Source of the DNA: Chrysomallon squamiferum | Taxonomy: Eukaryota; Animalia; Mollusca | DNA: 64,000 nucleotides | Direction of reading: 5' to 3' | Assembly (NCBI GenBank): GCA_012295275.1 | Contig: CM022671.1 | Coordinates: 19,530,001 to 19,594,000 of the forward strand | In this document: piece by piece, positions 57,314 through 64,000 of the stretch | Layout: the number at the start of each line of letters is the position of its first letter | Position numbering within the stretch: position 1 is the stretch's first letter | Made by a program: the position numbers and the translations under genes | The notes under the pieces: model-generated | The model's database searches: none | Told to the model about the DNA's origin: nothing | What the model saw: the letters and a program-made list of their open reading frames with translations, nothing else

Positions 57314-57983
57314 GTCTGTCTGTCTTCATGTATGTTTGTCTGATTGTCTGTTTATATATTTTTGTATCTTGTGAGTTTTATCATAAACTGATACCAGAAG
57401 TAGTAACACACAGTTCTTATATATTAAAAAAATAAGCTGTATCATCAATCTGTCTGTGGTGTTGTGTGTAGTCTGGTCAACAGATGGGAATGTTCTCTGT
57501 GTCGCCTCGGGTCTGGAAACTATTGTCAGAAATGAATGGCGTCTAAACTTTCGTGGTAATCATCGTTCATACTTCAGCGTAATTTAATCTGTCCAGTTTG
57601 GTGGTGTAACAACTCAGTCAGATCGCAGATACGTGAAGCGGTGTTTCCTGGAATTGTTTTGTCACGTGAAACAGATGGTCGTGTCCAGGCAACATCGCAT
57701 GGGAAGCGTGGGTTTGTGACAATTAAATACAGTTTTAGTTCATCAGATAGTGTGTCGTTATTACAGCACATACTGATTCGTTTGTGGTCATAACCTTGGT
57801 TCCATGGGTACATGAAGAAATGGAAATTTGAAAATATTAAATTTAGCTTTAATGACTAAATGGAGAAAATATTCTGGTTTTGTTACTTTTATTTTGTTTT
57901 AATTTTTTTTTTTTAGTCTTTTATTTTCAGTCTTTCAATGCTATTTCTTGAACATATTTTTTAACAGATTTTCTATTATATAT

Positions 57984-58087
<104 letters not shown>

Positions 58088-60005
58088 GTCTGTGTGTCTG
58101 TTTACCTTTACCTACACTATAAAATAGGCTACGTAAATTAAATTACTTATTTAATATATATATATATATATATGGCAGGCATGTAGAGCACATTATATAA
58201 ATACAAATGGTTTTTCATATAAAAACGTTTATATTTCCCTATTATGGAATTTTATGGGATTGATCTGATGGGGATTGATCGTATTAACTGTTATACCACT
58301 TGTACATGGACAGTCACGGGTGTATCGGAACTAACTGTTTATGGAGGAGAGGGGTTGATTTGCTAGACATTTTACACTGATAAAAAGTCACAAGTAACCA
58401 TTTCATCAGATATTTCCCTCAATCTTTGCAAGAATTTGAGAATAATCTTTAGAAACAGCCCGCGTCTGGTTGGATACAGTCTGAGAGATGAACCAGTGAA
58501 TGTATTCTGATATCTCTCAACAGAACTAACGTCAACTGATCAATAATATTATATGAAAGTTCTCAAAAATTAACGTTTCTGAAAACAGTGTGTCTGTGAG
58601 TATATGTGTATGTATGTATTTACCTATGTATATATATATGTGTGTGTTTGTATATATATATATGTGTGTGTTTGTATATATATATATGTGTGTGTGTGTG
58701 TGCGTATGTGTACGTGTGTATGCGTATGTGTATGTGTGTATCTGTTAAATTGTACATGGAGCAGTACGAATGAATTGTCTAAGAAATGTTCGTTATATTT
58801 AGAAACTGATATTTTATTTGCTTTGAGTGACCGATAATCAAAAATAACATATTACGACTGTACAATCGTAATAGTATTCCACCATTTCATCCCTGTACAA
58901 CAAGGAGTCATGACGTTATCGAGTTTAGGGCAGATTCGTAACTGTATTTTTTCCGCCAGCACTGAAAGAAGCCAAACCAAATTGGTCCGTCCTATACTAG
59001 ACGATGTCACAATTACAGAAATCACTTTCTCGGAAAATAAAAATTATGTTTCTCCAAACTGTACATAAGTAGGCATGTGCCTATCTGCAAGTTTTGTTAA
59101 TGATTTCTATTACCAGGTGGCAGTGATTTCCTACTTGAAGTGATTAAAACCGATGGACTTGGTATCAATCAAGAAGCAGTTCTTTCCTTTCTTTCTTAAA
59201 TGTTTATTTAATGATCGAGTAATTTAAAAGCCATTTCATTTCCCACATAAACTTTCGACTTTTTTTTTTTTTAGTTAAAGATGCGATGTGATTCATTAAA
59301 AAAAAAAAAAGAAAAAAAAAAAAAAATCTAGTAAAAAAACCACAAAAGAAAACAAACTAGTAAAAATCCACAAAAATACTCTTACTGATTTTCGCGACTT
59401 TTTTGCAAGAACCTTAACGAAATATTAATGAATTTTCACTCATATCATCTTTCGCTCATTAATATTCACAGCGTGGAAATCTATTTATCTCCGATGTTGT
59501 TTTCACCTGGTTTTGATTAAATTACCATTGTTATTCATACACACTGTTGTGTCAATAATGTTCCAAAGAAGTATCGTGGTGTATGCGTATTGTCCACAAA
59601 GGTATTACATGAATTGTCACAGCGACTTGTAATTTTATGAGCAAAGGATCATAAAAATATGTTATCCAGGACTAATTTTCAAAGGTACAAAAACAAAAAT
59701 AATAATGATAATAATAAGGAAATGAATTATGACATTTGCTAATAATTTACTTTAAAGGAGAAGAAGAAAAGAAAAATGAGACATACTGTTTTCAAATATC
59801 TGCTTAATTTATGGACTTAGCTAATAAAGAGTATTTATTTAATATTTTTGTTTGCTGTTGTTGTTCTATTATTGCTATTGTTGTTGTTATTATGATGGAG
59901 GGCGAGGCTTGTGTCATTTTTTTTACATTACTATTTATTTTCATGATAATCATCATTATTTTTTTATCGTAATTATCATCATCAACGTTCTTGTTGTTGT
60001 TGTTA

Positions 60006-60043
<38 letters not shown>

Positions 60044-60340
60044 TTATTATTATTTGTCATATTTTATTATTTTTACATTTCAACTTTGACTAGATAAATT
60101 CGTGGTGTTTTCATAGATGACGCACATTTTTACAAACTCTTTCTTTAGTATGGCTCTTTAATTCATTCCCTGGCTATTGATCTCGGGATTTCATAAACAC
60201 GAACACATATATACATATATACAGACATACAAACAGACACACATAAAACATGCATACAAAAACAAAAACAGCACACCCACACACACAAAAAAACAACAAA
60301 AAAACACCTACAACACACACACACATACACACATACACAC

Positions 60341-61060
60341 TAGGGTTTGCAAATTACCAATGATATCAATACCGATAAATTACCGACAGTTTTTCTCAAT
60401 ACCGGTTTTCACCGGTTTTAGTTAGTTTGTGCATAGGAAAAGGTACTTACGGGGCTGTTTTCTCTTATACATACTCATTTTATTTATTATGTGACACTCA
60501 TCTGACAACATTATTCAATATCATCCTTTTCCTTCCTTTCTTCAGAAAAAATCGTGAAATGAACCTTTATAGAACTTAAAACGGGTACAAAAGGTATATA
60601 AGAAAAATACATGCAATAAAAAACCAAGAAGAACTGTGGATGCGAATTTTATAAAAAGGAAACAAGGAAAATGTACATCACATCTTTTGCAACTTTTGAA
60701 AAGTTCTGATTCGTTCCTCGATACTCGAGAAGTATGAGTTTAAAAAACCGAGTTGGGCGACAAACGAGAAGCAGGAGCCAATCCCTTTATCACTAATCGC
60801 CAAAATGACTTAGGATGGCACATATGTCAGCAGTCAAACAGGTAAACGTGGAACATGAACAGACGAGCATCGAACTCGCATCTGAAGGCATGCTAGCAAC
60901 AACCGAATAACTAACATAATCTTATGTTAACAACTAACATATCTCTCAACATAACTCGTTAAAATTTAGAAAACCGGTATTGGTGCTTCGTTAACGGTAT
61001 TTCCCATCAATTACTAAAACCGGTATTTACCGGTATTTAAATACCGGTTTTCGAACCCTA
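60341..61060. mobile_element. 720-bp non-autonomous hAT (Ac-like) element
   Basis: TIRs are TAGGGTTTGCAAA and, reverse-complemented, TAGGGTTCGAAAA (11/13). The 8-bp TSD is ATACACAC/CTACACAC (7/8). Subterminal TACCG/ACCGG motifs cluster at the left end and CGGTA/CCGGT at the right. It has no transposase ORF and is inserted in a CA/CATA microsatellite. Confidence 0.85.
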
Positions 61061-61758
61061 CTACACACACACACATACATACATACATACATACATACAT
61101 ACACAAACACACATGCCATATATACATACATACATACATTACATGAAGGGTACATCCATAGATTTGACAAAAATACATTTATGAAGGGTTGATCCTACCT
61201 ACCTATTTTCTACATAAAAACAGGCCTGTGAATGTATTTCATTTTCTGTTTAAGCCCATAAAATCTTCTTTACACGTCCTCAGTAAACAGATCAACCAAG
61301 CATTACATATTATGCAAAATTATGTGAAAAACTGGTTTCTCATGCTGTTGATTTTGTTTGCATCTCAGCGAATGTATGAAACCCGAATGAAAACAATGAA
61401 AAACCCCAAGTTATTTTTAAACTTACCTTTTTAATTTACCTGTAATGTGATATTTATTATGATATATTTGTGTATTATGATATAATATTAATAAATTAGA
61501 TGAGCACTAGTTGTAAAATATAAACCCTAAATAACACTGTAAGTAAATCGGGTACATTCAGTAACTACATTTGAATGAAGACCCCCGTACAGAGTCAGTG
61601 TACTTGAGGAGATTATGTATCAGCAGTATAAAAAGTAACCATTTACATTTTTTCGTGATATGACTTCATGTGACAAGCTTGTTTAGTGAATCTATCCATC
61701 CATTCATCCAACCATCCATCTATCAGTCTGTCTGATTATCATTCTGTGTATCTGTATG

Positions 61759-62038
61759 CATACAAACATACATACATACAGACAGAGAATATTCAAAATC
61801 CTAAACAACATACATACATACATACATACAAACATACATACATGCAGACAGAGAATATTCAAAATCCTAAACAACATACATACATACATACATACAAACA
61901 TACATACATACAGACAGAGAATATTCAAAATCCTAAACAACATACATACATACATACATACAAACATACATACATACAGACAGAGAATATTCAAAATCCT
62001 AAACAACATACATACATACATACATACAAACATACATA
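61759..62038. repeat. Near-perfect 66-bp minisatellite, about 4.2 copies
   Basis: GAGAATATTCAAAATCCTAAACAA starts at 61785, 61851, 61917 and 61983 (exact 66-bp period), separated by (CATA)n-derived blocks. Confidence 0.95.
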
Positions 62039-62053
62039 TATAAATGCACAGAA

Positions 62054-62100
<47 letters not shown>

Positions 62101-63187
62101 AATACATACATAAACAGCTTAGTCCAGACAAATGTGGATAATGTGACATTACATTATGAAACAGTATTTGCCCTGATATAGACTATCCTGTGACGATGCG
62201 AGCCTTTACCTAGTTTAAGCCTGTCCTCTATTGATGGGGAGCGTAATAAAATACATTGAAAGTCACGTCTACAAACATAAAAACACTGTCTCGTCATTAA
62301 TACAATCATTACTCATAAGAAGAGTACATTGTTATTCGGTTTGTTAACGAGATCAGTTCACAAAAATAGTTGTCTGTTGAAAGCGGTTTGTACCTTAAGC
62401 GAATTGTTTGGGTTTTTTCAAAATATATTCACAGCTAGGTATATCTATATTTCAGTCTAAACAAATTTAAAAACAGAGGATGGACTATTTATGGTTTAGA
62501 AATTAATCATTTTGACAGTAGATTTTTCATCAACATGTTTCCCCATTTCAAAATAAATATTTAGGTTTCTATATTAGGTTGGTTTTTGTTTTGTTTGTTG
62601 TTGTTGTTTTTTTTGTTTCTTTTTTTGGTGTTTTTTTTTTTTTTTTTTTTTTTTTTTTTCTTTTTTTTTTTTTTTTTGTTTTTTTTTTTTTTTTTTTTGT
62701 TTTTGTTTTTTTTGTACTGGGAATAGTTAACAATGTAAGAAATATTTTCCAAGTTATTTGCTACAGAAATCTTTGGAAACTTGCAGGAAGGGAGATAACT
62801 CTGTGATCTCATTTAATTGCTATTGAAACTGCTTTACATAGAGATAAATAGAAATCTATTAGTAGGTCACAAGGTCAGTATGTCGGCTTACGTATATTTT
62901 GCCACATTAAAATTAATCTTTGAATGAGAATTTGACATATTAGAACTTATTACAGAGCAACCGTATTCTGAAAACACAGTCTGTAAAATGCTTAAATCTG
63001 CTCATAGTAATCATCAGTATCTAAACTATTTATTTATTTATTTATTTATTAATACATAAGATGAAAAAGAATATCCCACCTGCCCATCCATACATACACA
63101 TACACATATACATAAATACTTTGTTAAATATGTTTGGTAAGTCAGAGCAAGTTACAGACGATGAATTAAAAAAAAAAAAAAAAAAAA

Positions 63188-63243
<56 letters not shown>

Positions 63244-64000
63244 TATAAAATAAAATTAAAATATAGCAAGGACAAAGAAATATTGTTTCAAAGAAACATT
63301 TATTTAAAAATGTAACTGCAAAGAATTTTAACTTTTTTTAATTTGGTGTCTTGTTTCTAATTTTTTCTATTATTAGAAACTGATTTTCATTATATTTTGA
63401 AACAAACAGCTATATATATATATATGAAGTAAATAATATATTTTGAAAAATTAATGTCCGTAGTGAGCTTTAATAATAATGCTGACGACCAAGTCGAATA
63501 AGGTACTTGACGGATCAGTGATGAGAATAATATTGACAATTATTATAACGATGACGAAAACAACGACGATAGCGATGTTGATGACAATTTTTACGATGTG
63601 CCTACCTTAACTGTGATTATGAAGACGATAATGCTGAAGACGACTTCGATGACTGTGATAATGGTGATATTAAAGACGATGATGATGGAGATGATACTGC
63701 GGAAGACGATGGCAACCATGACAATGATGATTATTTCAACGGTGATGATGATCATTACACGTTTTAATTCTAATTCAGCATAAAGCAGTATACGTTTCAC
63801 AATTCATATTTTCATTCCAAACAACAATTTCTAGATTTATTCACTCTGGTCATCAAGTGCTTCTTAGAATTCGAGAGTAACCTAGCTCGCAGACACTTCA
63901 CCTTAATTATATCAATTTATTGAATTCATCAGTGTCCCCTATCATTCAACGGTTTATAGATATTGCTTCAGTTGATGACTGTGTAATAAACGGTCTCTGT

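Noticed and set aside
61141-61590. Possible mariner-type MITE (…GACCCCCGTA right end)
   Set aside because: No matching left TIR could be aligned.
61686-62141. 151-aa repeat ORF (HTYIHTYKHTYIQTENIQNPKQ)n and overlapping ORFs
   Set aside because: Translation of a 66-bp CATA-based minisatellite; open frames follow from the repeat composition. The units are identical, so it is not CRISPR either.
63480-63800. Asp-rich, biomineralisation-protein-like reading of a GAT/GAC-rich tract
   Set aside because: The acidic frame is interrupted by stops and phase shifts, so it is a degenerate trinucleotide repeat.

Overview
This is eukaryotic (animal) genomic DNA: very AT-rich, microsatellite-dense and almost gene-free. 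The decayed SINE families suggest a mollusc, possibly a gastropod, but that rests on remembered repeat consensuses and is an inference. The only credible coding sequence is the first coding exon (12556-13246, +) of a natriuretic-peptide-receptor-family gene (NPR-C/NPR-A-like clearance receptor or receptor guanylyl cyclase). It encodes a signal peptide and the N-terminal part of the ANF-receptor ligand-binding domain, and ends at a phase-1 CAG|GTGAGC donor. I could not recognise exon 2, so the remaining ~50.7 kb is probably one giant first intron. That intron holds two TIR-bounded hAT MITEs, a MER91/Tip100-like relic, a Tc1/mariner relic with a transposase C-terminus, tRNA-SINE relics, several minisatellites and eight long GA/TC tracts. 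The most interesting signal is a candidate recursive splice site near mid-intron (TTTTTCAG|GTAAGA at 39935/39936), followed 40 nt later by a second donor (GTGAGT) that defines a stop-containing cryptic 'RS-exon'. The long GA and TC tracts are also arranged roughly symmetrically around this region. No prokaryotic systems, CRISPR arrays, rRNA or intact tRNA genes were seen. The other ORFs look like microsatellite or chance ORFs.
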